From Chloroflexota bacterium (GTDB taxonomy: Bacteria > Chloroflexota > Dehalococcoidia > Lucifugimonadales > JACQTT01): a stretch of 47,572 nt of DNA. Every line of letters begins with the position of its first letter. Positions within the stretch are counted from its first letter, which is position 1. A model generated the notes under the pieces. The model searched no databases. It had not been told where the DNA came from and saw only the letters and a list, made by a program, of their open reading frames with translations. Positions 1 through 8,246 of the stretch are shown here, in pieces. The stretch is taken from positions 1 to 47,572 of the forward strand of contig JACQTT010000078.1 of assembly GCA_016210665.1 (NCBI GenBank). The letters are read 5' to 3'. Made by a program: the position numbers and the translations under genes.

Positions 1-477
1 CCATAATGTGACCTGATCAAGCGCAAGGCCTATAGCCAATCCCAGCGTGGTTACCAGAATCACTAGCTGGACTCCCATCAAGACTGTTCGCCGGTTCATG
101 CGATCTGCCACCACGCCGGCCAAGGGTGCCAGGAAGAGCATGGGAATAGCCCTTACGCCGTTCATCGCGCCCAACAGGGTGCCCGAGCCTGTCAGATCAT
201 AGACTAACCACCCCATGGTAGCCATCTGGATCCACATACCGGTACTGCTGAATAGGGTACTAATCCAGAGCAGGCGGAAGTTTCTGATCCCCAAGGCATG
301 GAAGGTGCCGATCTTCTTAGTGCCCTCCAGGGACTCCTTAGGCATGGAGGCGCTAGGAGCGCCATTGTCGTTGCCGCTGAGCGGCGCTGGCCTATCAACG
401 CCAAGGCTTACGCCTCCGTTTTCAGATCCCGCCCGCGGCCCGGCGCCCGCTCGAACATCTTTAGGATTGTTTGGCAT
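1..477 (-). CDS. MFS transporter, N-terminal portion (gene runs off the window start)
   Basis: The minus-strand frame is open from ATG at 477 to base 1 (159 codons, checked triplet by triplet). It is absent from the ORF track because it has no stop in the window. Translation MPNNPKDV...IRNFRLLWISTLFSSTGMWIQMATMGWLVYDLTGSG...PLAGVVADRMNRR parallels the N-terminus of the MFS gene at 36746..38047 (VRNFSLLWCSSIFSG...SLADRLPRRN). Confidence 0.6.
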   Translation of the reverse strand, partial: MPNNPKDVRAGAGPRAGSENGGVSLGVDRPAPLSGNDNGAPSASMPKESLEGTKKIGTFHALGIRNFRLLWISTLFSSTGMWIQMATMGWLVYDLTGSGTLLGAMNGVRAIPMLFLAPLAGVVADRMNRRTVLMGVQLVILVTTLGLAIGLALDQVTLW

Positions 478-580
478 AAAGTTTTTTCTTAACCCTTTCT
501 AGTTAATGTAATCTCTCAAATTGAATGTGGTCGCTTCCAAAGAGACGTCAGAGCAACGCATGACCTAATGCCGACTACCT

Positions 581-934
581 CTAAGGTGCGTGGACACCGG
601 ACCAGTTAACCTCATGTTCCGCACACGAGGCCGACCGTAGAAAGATTATAACTGCCAATGAGGCGCAGTTTAAGCCCATAACGGCCACCATCCTGGGCGC
701 ACCCAACATGTCGGCACCGACCCCTGCTATGAAGGTGCCCAGGGGAAGCAGTCCCTGGTCCAACATGTAGATGCTGGTGATGCGTCCCCGGAACTCGTCG
801 GGGATGTTCATCTGAAGCAGCGTTTGGTTTGTGGTCATGAATATCATCGAGCTAAAGGCGCTCAGCACCAAAAAAGCGCCCCAGCCCACCTGTGGATGCC
901 TTCTCAGTTTGGAAGTCAGACCGCATGGATTCAT
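581..934 (-). pseudogene. C-terminal remnant of an MFS transporter (about the last 100 aa only)
   Basis: The 117-aa ORF ...NQTLLQMNIPDEFRGRITSIYMLDQGLLPLGTFIAGVGADMLGAP... aligns by eye with the C-terminal TM9-12 region of the 433-aa MFS at 36746..38047 (...LLRESDPEFRGRVIGLRSAAITPLALSSLYGGALAELLGTP...). Only about 100 nt separate it from the upstream MATE stop, so the N-terminal ~300 aa are missing. Confidence 0.45.
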
Positions 935-1036
935 CTTCGTCAGATATTCCCTTCTCCAAGTACAACAAAGCTCTTTTGTCCTGGAATGGAAAAACCTTCC
1001 CCTCCACAGCCCTCGTTTTTCGCCATAAGGGACCTT

Positions 1037-2566
1037 TTAGAGAACCTTAATCCTGAGCCATCGCCCCCAGAAAAAGTAGGGCACGTAAAACACCGCCCGG
1101 ATTCCCATGCCGACGATGGCGGCGTAGCCAATGCCCAGGGGACCCATCCCCAGGCTTCGACTGAACAACCAGGCCAGGGGCAACTCGACTCCCCAAACGG
1201 CCACCAGGGTAATGACCATGGGAGCCAGGGTGTCTCCCGCAGTGTTAAACGACTGCATGAAAACCATGTGTATTGCCAAGAAGACAGAGGCAATCACCTG
1301 AATGCGAAACCAGACCGAAGCAAGGGCCACTACATCGGCCTCCTTGGTAAACAACGTAACAACGGTCACCACGAATACAAAGAGAAGGCCACCAAGTACC
1401 AGCTGCATTGCGATAGCGTATACTAAGCCCCATACCACAGATTGCCGCGCCCTATCAGGCCGTCGGGCCCCCAGGTTTTGACCTACCAGAATGCCAGAGG
1501 CCTTTCCCAGACCCATGGTCCCAAAGTTAGTCAACATCTCCGCTCGTCTGGTCAACGCATAGGCCGCCAGAGCCACATCGCCAAAGCGCGCCGCCAACCC
1601 CAAGAGCACCAGCTGAGCCACGGCCCGCTCCATGCCTGTCATAGATGCTGGCACTCCGATCTTCAGTATCCTCCCTAGCACAGGATAGTCCACTCGGTAT
1701 CCCCGCAGCGTCAAATGTAAGCGGGACTTACCTGTGAAAAGGGCGTAAAAGTTAATGGCACCTCCGGCGAGCTGGCCTATGAGATTGGCCCAGGCAGCGC
1801 CCGGCAGGCCCAGGTCAGGAAACCACCACCAACCGAATATCAGAAAGGGACTCAAGATAATATGGAGCACTCGCGCTACAGTGGAGGCCTTGAAGGGAAT
1901 AATCACTTCACCCGAGGCCTGAAGCGCCTCAGCGCTGGCGTGGGCATAAGACATGGCCGCCACGCCAACAAATTGGACCCTCATGTACATGGCCGTTTCA
2001 GCTTGCACTGCTGCGCTGGCGCCGATCAATCTGAGAAAGACTTCGGTAAGAAAAAGACCTGTAGCTATCATCAGCAGTGAATAGATGGCGGTCAGGGTAA
2101 GGCCTTGAAGGGCGATATGATTGGCTAAGGGGATGTTTCCCGTACCCACGGCCCGGGAGATCATAGCTCGCGTGGCGTTGTCCAAACCCATCCTGGCCAT
2201 CATGCCGAACTGGGTAAAGGTCTGGCCAACTCCCACCCCAGCGATGGCGCGGAACCCTCCTGGCAGCCGGCCAGCCCAAACTAGATCTATCAGCTGATCC
2301 AAGACCCGGAGCACGCCTTCGCCAATCTGGGGCCAGGCCAGGTGTGCGAGATTCTTGGGAATGCTGCCGGTAGTCAGGTCGCGGCGGGCGGGGCGAACCC
2401 GCCTGCCGTCCCCATCTCTCCGCAAGCCTTCAGCGACGGCAGTGGTAGTTTTGTCCAACCGTGTCGCCTCCTCGCCGCTCACCGTTTTGCCTTTAGGGAG
2501 AGGGCTCCCTTGAGAGGAGGCAGGGCTGGAATCCGTCGTGATTGGGAGGTCCGACTCACTAGGCAC
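1037..2566 (-). CDS. MATE family efflux transporter with an ~70-aa hydrophilic N-terminal extension
   Basis: 509-aa ORF, polytopic and hydrophobic, with MATE-like N-terminal motif LAWPQIGEGVLRVLDQLIDLVWAGRL. GTG start at 2566 is preceded by AAGGAGGA and overlaps the marR-like stop (GTGCCTAG), indicating an operon. Confidence 0.85.
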   Translation of the reverse strand: MPSESDLPITTDSSPASSQGSPLPKGKTVSGEEATRLDKTTTAVAEGLRRDGDGRRVRPARRDLTTGSIPKNLAHLAWPQIGEGVLRVLDQLIDLVWAGRLPGGFRAIAGVGVGQTFTQFGMMARMGLDNATRAMISRAVGTGNIPLANHIALQGLTLTAIYSLLMIATGLFLTEVFLRLIGASAAVQAETAMYMRVQFVGVAAMSYAHASAEALQASGEVIIPFKASTVARVLHIILSPFLIFGWWWFPDLGLPGAAWANLIGQLAGGAINFYALFTGKSRLHLTLRGYRVDYPVLGRILKIGVPASMTGMERAVAQLVLLGLAARFGDVALAAYALTRRAEMLTNFGTMGLGKASGILVGQNLGARRPDRARQSVVWGLVYAIAMQLVLGGLLFVFVVTVVTLFTKEADVVALASVWFRIQVIASVFLAIHMVFMQSFNTAGDTLAPMVITLVAVWGVELPLAWLFSRSLGMGPLGIGYAAIVGMGIRAVFYVPYFFWGRWLRIKVL

Positions 2567-3122
2567 GGATATCCTCCTTTTCAGCCAGGGGGGCCCGCTG
2601 GGAAGAATCGGTGTGGTCCATCCAGAACTCTGCCTTCAGGGCTAGGAGAAGCAGCCCCTTGACAAAAGCTTCAGCTTCCATGGGTGAGAGGTGCCGTAAC
2701 ACATCCCCGACAACGACCTTACGATAAGAAAGCACTCGAGAGGCCGCGGCTTCGGCCTCGGGAGTCAGACTCACCACCACCTGGCGGCGATCTGCCTGGG
2801 GACGGTGTTTCAAGATGCGACCTCGCCCTTCCAAGGCGGCGACACATTCGGTGGCCGCCGAGCAAGAGATGCCCAGGCCGTGGGCCAACTGACCCATGGT
2901 CAGAGGACCGCGCTGATAAAGGTGAATCAACACGCGAACGTGGCTTAAAGGAAGAGGGACGATGCCCTCTTGTCGTGGTGCCTTAGGCACGGAGCGGAGC
3001 AGCCATCGCCTGAGGGTTGGCAGCACTTCCAGCACCTGATCCATCTGCTGCCGAGATAACGTTTCGGTCTCCGAAGCAACCTGCATGGGTCTAATTGTAG
3101 TCGTCACCTGATGGCATGTCAA
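2559..3122 (-). CDS. MarR family transcriptional regulator
   Basis: 187-aa ORF with a winged-helix core (LSHVRVLIHLYQRGPLTMGQLAHGLGISCSAATECVAALEGRGRILKHRPQADRRQVVVSLT). It is translationally coupled to the MATE gene. The start is ambiguous (TTG 3122 or ATG 3086). Confidence 0.85.
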   Translation of the reverse strand: MTCHQVTTTIRPMQVASETETLSRQQMDQVLEVLPTLRRWLLRSVPKAPRQEGIVPLPLSHVRVLIHLYQRGPLTMGQLAHGLGISCSAATECVAALEGRGRILKHRPQADRRQVVVSLTPEAEAAASRVLSYRKVVVGDVLRHLSPMEAEAFVKGLLLLALKAEFWMDHTDSSQRAPLAEKEDIRA

Positions 3123-3137
3123 TAAGCAGAGGCTTTT

Positions 3138-3150
3138 GATATAGCATATC
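3138..3150. promoter_or_regulatory. Small palindrome GATAT-AGC-ATATC just upstream of the marR-like gene; candidate MarR operator
   Basis: Inverted 5-bp arms with a 3-bp spacer lie 16 nt upstream of the TTG start. MarR proteins commonly autoregulate through palindromes in their own promoter. The element is short, so it could occur by chance. Confidence 0.25.
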
Positions 3151-3316
3151 GCCGAAGCCTTGGTTCACCTCTGGTAAGATAATTCTGCTACAATTAGGCA
3201 ACTAATGAATCGCAGATAGGTCTAAGGTGTCTATCGTTGGAGATCAGGTGGCTGAGTGAGAACCGCTCCCCTTTTATGATAGGCTCTCAGTGAGTAACCC
3301 ACGGGTTACAATTTGT

Positions 3317-3391
3317 GCCAGCGTAGCTCAGTGGTAGAGCAGCGGTTTCGTAAACCGCAGGCCGTGGGTTCGAATCCCTCCGCTGGCTCCA
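3317..3391 (+). tRNA. tRNA-Thr (anticodon CGU), CCA encoded
   Basis: The cloverleaf was folded by hand: acceptor GCCAGCG/CGCTGGC, D arm GCTC-AGTGGTA-GAGC, anticodon arm GCGGT-TTCGTAA-ACCGC (anticodon CGT), variable loop AGGCC, T arm GTGGG-TTCGAAT-CCCTC (one 50:64 mismatch), discriminator T, CCA. Confidence 0.9.
3347..3391 (+). repeat. attL: 45-bp direct repeat (3' half of tRNA-Thr)
   Basis: TTCGTAAACCGCAGGCCGTGGGTTCGAATCCC[T]CCGCTGGCTCCA recurs at 12752..12796 with one mismatch (T3379 versus C12784). Confidence 0.85.
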
Positions 3392-3408
3392 GAACTTAGG
3401 CACAAAAT

Positions 3409-3436
3409 GAGGCCCCTGGGACTTTCCAGGGGCCTC
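3409..3436 (-). terminator. Hairpin terminator downstream of the integrase gene
   Basis: Perfect 11-bp stem GAGGCCCCTGG / CCAGGGGCCTC with a 6-nt loop. On the minus strand it is followed by ATTTTGTG. It lies between the tRNA 3' end and the integrase stop. Confidence 0.55.
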
Positions 3437-3446
3437 AGAGTTCCTA

Positions 3447-3468
3447 AATGGTCACGGAATGGTCACGG
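3447..3468 (+). repeat. Tandem AATGGTCACGG x2; candidate arm-type integrase binding sites (left arm)
   Basis: Two abutting 11-bp units lie 56 nt inside attL and overlap the integrase stop codon. The same motif pair recurs near attR at 12624..12646. Confidence 0.45.
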
Positions 3469-4617
3469 AACTTCTGATAGGGCAGTTTCCCCACGCCTGG
3501 CGAGCTGTCTTTCCAGCCCTTCCGCGGCGGCGGCTTGAATGTTGGGCAATAAATGGGAGTATATGTTAAGAGTAGTGGACACCTTGCTATGGCCCAGGCG
3601 CTCACTGATGGCCTTGATATTGGTTCCGTCGGCCAGTAGCAAGGATGCATGACAATGGCGCAGGTCGTGGAAACGGATGTGGGGGAGCATGGCCTTCTTG
3701 ATCACCTTTGCAAATTCCTTGCTTACACGGTCTGAGTCGATGGGAGCACCGAGAGCGTCTGTGAATACATAGCCTGCGTTGTTCCTGTATAGGTCGCTGT
3801 ACTCTAGCTGCATTTCCAACTGCTTGCTACGTATGCGGTTAAGAATGGTCATAGCTTTCTGTCCAAGGGCGATGCTTCGTCTGCTGCTCTTGGTCTTGGG
3901 CGGTCCTTCTACCAAGCCCATCCCTGTTACCCTCTGAAGAGTGCCTGTGACCCGGAGGCCATTCCCTTCAAAGTCTACTCCCCCCCACCTTAGCCCGGTA
4001 ATCTCGCTCCTTCTCATGCCTGTGAGCAGGGTTATTGTAAACAGGTCTTGGAATGGATGCCCTTCAATAACATCGAGGAATCTCTGGATAATGGGTAGAG
4101 ACCAGATTTCAAGTTCTTGTTCCTCCGGCTTGGGAGGCGAGACAGCTTGGACGGGGTTTCTGGCTAGAATACCCCACGACATAGCGTGTTTCAAAGCCTC
4201 GCTCAAGACCCTGTGGGCGTGGAGTACCGTCCGCTTACTCAGGCCACTAGAAAGCATCTGGGCGTGGAAGTCCTGAATGTGCCGAGGAGTAAGGCTCTGG
4301 ATGGGGACATGGCCGAGTAAAGGTACAATGTAAAGCTTGATATGGGTTCGATAGCCCATGACAGTACGAGGTTGGCAATGGGTGACGGCGTAGTTGTCGA
4401 GCCATGACTGCATGAACTGAGCTAAGGTTTCCTTGGACTTCTCGACATGCGTCCCAGCTTCTAATGATGCAAGGCGTTCTCTCAACACCTTCTCAGCTAT
4501 ATGTTTTGGGCCATGCACCGTCTCTGTGGCCTGCTTCCTCACGCTTGGGTCTGTAGTGGGCAGGTCGTATCTAATGCGCCAGACATTCTTACCACGTGGA
4601 CTTACTGAGCCTTTCAT
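3463..4617 (-). CDS. int: Tyrosine-type site-specific integrase
   Basis: 384 aa. The N-terminus has an arm-binding-like segment (KNVWRIRYDLP) and a SAM-like core-binding region. Catalytic signatures are TGMRRSE (Arg), HDLRHCHASLLL (His-x-x-Arg) and LGHSKVSTTLNIYSH (His/Tyr). Confidence 0.95.
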   Translation of the reverse strand: MKGSVSPRGKNVWRIRYDLPTTDPSVRKQATETVHGPKHIAEKVLRERLASLEAGTHVEKSKETLAQFMQSWLDNYAVTHCQPRTVMGYRTHIKLYIVPLLGHVPIQSLTPRHIQDFHAQMLSSGLSKRTVLHAHRVLSEALKHAMSWGILARNPVQAVSPPKPEEQELEIWSLPIIQRFLDVIEGHPFQDLFTITLLTGMRRSEITGLRWGGVDFEGNGLRVTGTLQRVTGMGLVEGPPKTKSSRRSIALGQKAMTILNRIRSKQLEMQLEYSDLYRNNAGYVFTDALGAPIDSDRVSKEFAKVIKKAMLPHIRFHDLRHCHASLLLADGTNIKAISERLGHSKVSTTLNIYSHLLPNIQAAAAEGLERQLARRGETALSEVP

Positions 4618-5641
4618 TTTTACCTCCTTGTTGTCCTTGGTCTTCTCGAAAAATCGTATGGTCTATATATTCGATTGTGGCGTCGTGGTTCAGTGGGAAC
4701 ATACGTACGAAGCCATCACCGTCGGGGTCATTAGCCCAAAAATCTTCGAGGCCGCGTTCGTATATGCGCCTCCTGACTTCATCCTCGTCGAATCCTTGGA
4801 GCCGTAAGTGTTCTTTCATCACTAATAGCGAGAACAACCATTGTTCCATTGGGGTTCTCACTTGCGCTTTCTTTCGAATATAGCGTCTAGCGGCTTCGGT
4901 ATAGGCTACCCACTCTGACGGGAGTACTGGAAAGTCGTCCTTGTCCATCACAATTTCAGGCAGGGACGTAAAGGCATCTAAGTCCAGGTCTTCACCTCCG
5001 ATTACCCTGTCAATTAACTCCATGTCCAGGTCTAAGCTCTTGCTCTGGAGAGCGGGGATTAAGTGTTGCTGAATGGCCTCTAAGTATTCGGACTTGGCTT
5101 CATTGCTGGCCCAGGGGCGAAAAGCGAGGTATGCGAATAGGTCGTCGAAGTCGGGATCGTGTCCTAACACCTCACTTTTGATTTCCCTGATTGCAAAGTT
5201 GTCTCCCCATATCGCAATGTCAAGGTAACCTGGCAGCTTCTCATCTTTCTTGTCAGTAGCAGAGACGGACTTGTAAACCCTCCACCACCATCGGACTTGC
5301 CTAACAGTTGGATGAGGGGACGCTCGACGTTCGGCTTCGTAGAGAGGAGCCATCGCTGTGATATATGCCTTCCAGGTTAGGAGCATCCTGCCGCTTGCTT
5401 CCCAGGATATTCCGTATTCCTCCATTCGATGCCAAGCGAAGGGCTGGTCTAGGTCTGTGGATAGCTTCTTGAATTCTGCGATCCACTTTTTGACTGTATC
5501 TATGCTTACTGGCTTGCGCGTCCCTTTGCCTGTGAATTCTTCTTGAAGAGCCTCATGTATGGCTGTGGGGCCAAACTTAAGAGTGGCCCACAACTTATAT
5601 GCGCGCACCTTCTGTCTATCCGTAGATTTGGGCTTTGCCAT
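4589..5641 (-). CDS. Hypothetical protein (350 aa), upstream of and overlapping the integrase gene
   Basis: Long ORF with coding-like composition, ATG at 5641 and a 29-nt overlap with the int start. No family was recognised. The basic N-terminus (KPKSTDRQKVRAYKLW...SIDTVKKWI) could be DNA-binding. Confidence 0.65.
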   Translation of the reverse strand: MAKPKSTDRQKVRAYKLWATLKFGPTAIHEALQEEFTGKGTRKPVSIDTVKKWIAEFKKLSTDLDQPFAWHRMEEYGISWEASGRMLLTWKAYITAMAPLYEAERRASPHPTVRQVRWWWRVYKSVSATDKKDEKLPGYLDIAIWGDNFAIREIKSEVLGHDPDFDDLFAYLAFRPWASNEAKSEYLEAIQQHLIPALQSKSLDLDMELIDRVIGGEDLDLDAFTSLPEIVMDKDDFPVLPSEWVAYTEAARRYIRKKAQVRTPMEQWLFSLLVMKEHLRLQGFDEDEVRRRIYERGLEDFWANDPDGDGFVRMFPLNHDATIEYIDHTIFREDQGQQGGKNERLSKSTW

Positions 5642-5642
5642 T

Positions 5643-5717
5643 TTTACACTAATGCGCTGGAATGATTTACACTTAGAGCGTTCAACGTGCCACTATTATA
5701 TCACAGAATTTTACACC
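5643..5717. promoter_or_regulatory. Three direct TTTACAC(T/C) repeats in the divergent control region of the element
   Basis: TTTACACT occurs at 5643 and 5666, and TTTACACC at 5710. Spacings of 23 and 44 bp put the sites on roughly the same helical face. They lie between the divergent ORFs 4589..5641 (-) and 5766..5969 (+). Confidence 0.35.
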
Positions 5718-5765
5718 CGTCTATAAAAGGATTACGATGAATACAGAATTTCCAGGAGGACATGT

Positions 5766-5969
5766 ATGAACACTCAGTTATCCAAGCCTACACAGGAAGG
5801 GGCTAGTATTCGGGAGCTAGCCAGACGGTTCGGGGTGAGCGCGCCGGTGCTCTACGAGCTTGCCAGACAGGACAGGCTACCTGGCTGCCGACGGATTGGC
5901 GAGAAGCGGTTCGTCGTCCATGTCCCTTCGTTTCAGCAGTGGTTGGAGAGCGGTGGAAGGGCTGAGTAA
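5766..5969 (+). CDS. Excisionase-family / MerR-like helix-turn-helix DNA-binding protein
   Basis: 67 aa with IRELARRFGVSAPVLYELARQDRLPGCRRIGEKRFVV, the typical excisionase-family HTH pattern. AGGAGG lies 6 nt upstream of the ATG. Confidence 0.75.
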   Translation: MNTQLSKPTQEGASIRELARRFGVSAPVLYELARQDRLPGCRRIGEKRFVVHVPSFQQWLESGGRAE

Positions 5970-5972
5970 GCG

Positions 5973-6098
5973 ATGGAACCCCTGAAGTTTTCGAAGGCCA
6001 TTCCCAGCCTCACCATAGGACGCTGCCAGCTGGTCCTGAAGGCGCACCTGGACGCCTACCTACAAGAGCGCCTGACTGAGGCCGAGGCGGGACGGTAA
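5973..6098 (+). CDS. Possible small ORF (41 aa) coupled to the replication gene
   Basis: ATG at 5973 lies 4 nt after the preceding stop. Its TAA abuts the ATG of the next gene (TAAATG). It is below the ORF-track size cutoff and has no recognised motif. Confidence 0.3.
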   Translation: MEPLKFSKAIPSLTIGRCQLVLKAHLDAYLQERLTEAEAGR

Positions 6099-8246
6099 AT
6101 GGCAACAGGCGTAAAGCTCTCCGTCAGCATCAATCGGCTATACCCAGGGCAGAAGCTCGTGCCTGGCGACAAGCGATGGGATAGGTTCAATGGTGACTTC
6201 AACACCGAGGAGCATACCCCGGAGAGCCTATTCGAGGAAGTGGCAAAGAATGGCAATGCGTTCTGTTGCGCCCTGAAGGGATACCGAAAGACTGAGAACT
6301 TCGTCAGTGCTCAAACTCTGGGCCTGGACTTTGATAAAGGTGCAGTTAGCCTTGAAGCGTTGCTAGGCGATTCGTTCATAGTGACGTACGCCAGCTTCAT
6401 TTACAGCACCCTCAGTCACACACCTGAACACCCACGATGGCGCGTTGTTTTCGTCCTCACCGAAGCAATTGCTAACGCTGAGACGTATCGCAAGGCGCAG
6501 ACGGCCTTCCTAGCCAAGTACGGCACAACCGACCAGTCCATCAAAGACCCTGCTAGGCTGCTCTTTGGCTCCAATCCTACAAACGGCGTGTGGCACTACC
6601 TGGGGAACCTGCTGCCTATGGCCGAAGTCTTGGAGCTTGTCAGTGAGTATGAGGACAAACGCCGAGTGCTGGAACGCGAGATAGGCCGGCGGCAACTGCC
6701 TGCGATTGACTCGTCCAGGATCAGGGGCAGCACACCTGACGAAAGGTATGTGGGTAGGGCGATTGAAGAAGAATCGAACTGGCTGGCCTCCAGAGTGAAA
6801 GGCACAGGCGACCGACATAGCGGGCTTATCGTCGTGGCTGCGAGACTGGAGAGCCTGCGCCTCAGCGAGTGGCTAACGCCAGAGTCCAGGGCGACGATTA
6901 ACCCGTACGAGGTTGCATTAGAAGCAGCTATTTCGAATGGCTACGTCGCCGAATACGGTGAAGAGGATGCCTGTCGAGCGATAGCCTGGGGGATTGGAGT
7001 CGCAGAACCACGTCCCATACCTTCTGACTGGGGACGGCAGCACGGGGATGGAGGCAGGGAAGGTCAAGTTGGACCGAGCGTCGGCGTGGGATCGGACAGC
7101 ATGCCCCAATCGCTCCTCTTCAGAACAGCCAGGGAAGTGTCCGTTCTCACCCCGGAGCGCCCCAATTGGATTGTGGATAAGCTCATAGCGGAGGGGGCTA
7201 TTACGGAGTTGGATGCGAAGGTGAAAGTGGGCAAGACCACTTTCATTCTCGCAATGGTTGCTGCGCTGCTTCAGGGCGAGGAGTTCCTTGAATTTTCGAC
7301 ACAGTCAACACCAATAGTTTATCTCACGGAGGAGAGGCCGCCGAGTTTCAGGGCGGTTTTGGACCGCGTGGGCCTAACAGATGAGGAGAAGCTACATATT
7401 GTGTTCAAATCGGAGGTGCGAAATTTGGAATGGCCTATAGTGGTAAGTTTGGCTGTCCGACGTGCGAAGGAAGTTGGTGCGGGGCTTCTAGTAGTGGATA
7501 CGCTAGCGCGCTGGGCGGGGCTGAAGGACGATTCTGAAAACAACTCGGGTGCTGCTATGGAGGCAATGGCTCCCTTGGAGGAAGCGGCGGCACAGGGGCT
7601 GGCGGTGCTAATTTCTCGCCACGATAGGAAAAGTGGCGGGGAGATAGGCGACAGTGGTCGCGGTTCGTCGGCATTTAGTGGAATCAGCGACATAATAATA
7701 ACGCTCCGGCGGGCGGACACAAAGGGGCATCCCTCTAGGAGACAGATAACAGGCGTAGGGCGATTCGATGGCATCCCTGAAAGCCTGGTGGTGGAGTGGA
7801 AGGACGGGAAGTACTTAGCCTTGGGTGATAGGATCGACGTAGAACGCATCGAGGCGCGGGAGAAGCTGCTGGCCGGTTTGCCAGGTTCAGACGATGCACC
7901 GGGGCCAATACTTGACAAACTAGTCGAAAGCACAGGCTGCAAACGTGCCACACTGGGGCGGGCGCTGAAGGAGTTGGAGGAGGAGGGTCTTATCAAGAGA
8001 CACCCTGACGCTGGAAAGACAAAGCGAGGTTTCGGATACACGCTGGCGGAAAAGCGAGAGTCCACCTATAGGGAGGACCCTGGAATGTTCCCTTTTGATC
8101 ACGTCCCTCACGAGGACGTGCCAAAGGCAGAGTCCAGGGTACGTACCCCTGGACATAAGCCTTTAGAAAGCAGTGTGTCCAGCCCTCAATCCTTTACTGG
8201 ATACACCATTTACCCCAATGGCGAGGAGAAGGAATGGACGGGGTAG
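6099..8246 (+). CDS. Replication protein: primase-polymerase-like N-terminal domain, RecA/AAA_25-like P-loop ATPase and C-terminal winged helix
   Basis: 715 aa. The N-terminal region has an acidic LGLDFDKG motif and HPRWRVVFVL (primase/prim-pol-like, from recall). The central region has Walker A DAKVKVGKTTF and Walker B LLVVDTLARW. The C-terminus has an HTH (CKRATLGRALKELEEEGLIKR). Confidence 0.8.
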   Translation: MATGVKLSVSINRLYPGQKLVPGDKRWDRFNGDFNTEEHTPESLFEEVAKNGNAFCCALKGYRKTENFVSAQTLGLDFDKGAVSLEALLGDSFIVTYASFIYSTLSHTPEHPRWRVVFVLTEAIANAETYRKAQTAFLAKYGTTDQSIKDPARLLFGSNPTNGVWHYLGNLLPMAEVLELVSEYEDKRRVLEREIGRRQLPAIDSSRIRGSTPDERYVGRAIEEESNWLASRVKGTGDRHSGLIVVAARLESLRLSEWLTPESRATINPYEVALEAAISNGYVAEYGEEDACRAIAWGIGVAEPRPIPSDWGRQHGDGGREGQVGPSVGVGSDSMPQSLLFRTAREVSVLTPERPNWIVDKLIAEGAITELDAKVKVGKTTFILAMVAALLQGEEFLEFSTQSTPIVYLTEERPPSFRAVLDRVGLTDEEKLHIVFKSEVRNLEWPIVVSLAVRRAKEVGAGLLVVDTLARWAGLKDDSENNSGAAMEAMAPLEEAAAQGLAVLISRHDRKSGGEIGDSGRGSSAFSGISDIIITLRRADTKGHPSRRQITGVGRFDGIPESLVVEWKDGKYLALGDRIDVERIEAREKLLAGLPGSDDAPGPILDKLVESTGCKRATLGRALKELEEEGLIKRHPDAGKTKRGFGYTLAEKRESTYREDPGMFPFDHVPHEDVPKAESRVRTPGHKPLESSVSSPQSFTGYTIYPNGEEKEWTG

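Noticed and set aside
824-1426. 200-aa plus-strand ORF overlapping the MATE and MFS remnant genes
   Set aside because: It is antisense to a transporter ORF with a coherent hydrophobic profile, and its translation is low-complexity and polar.
3379-3379. The single attL/attR mismatch (T3379 versus C12784) as a marker of which tRNA version is ancestral
   Set aside because: The position is tRNA nucleotide 64, opposite U50. Neither U nor C pairs with it, so base-pairing gives no way to decide. It is noted only as delimiting the crossover region.
7319-8065. 248-aa minus-strand ORF inside the replication gene
   Set aside because: It is a Ser/Arg/Pro-rich shadow ORF, antisense to a gene with clear Walker motifs.
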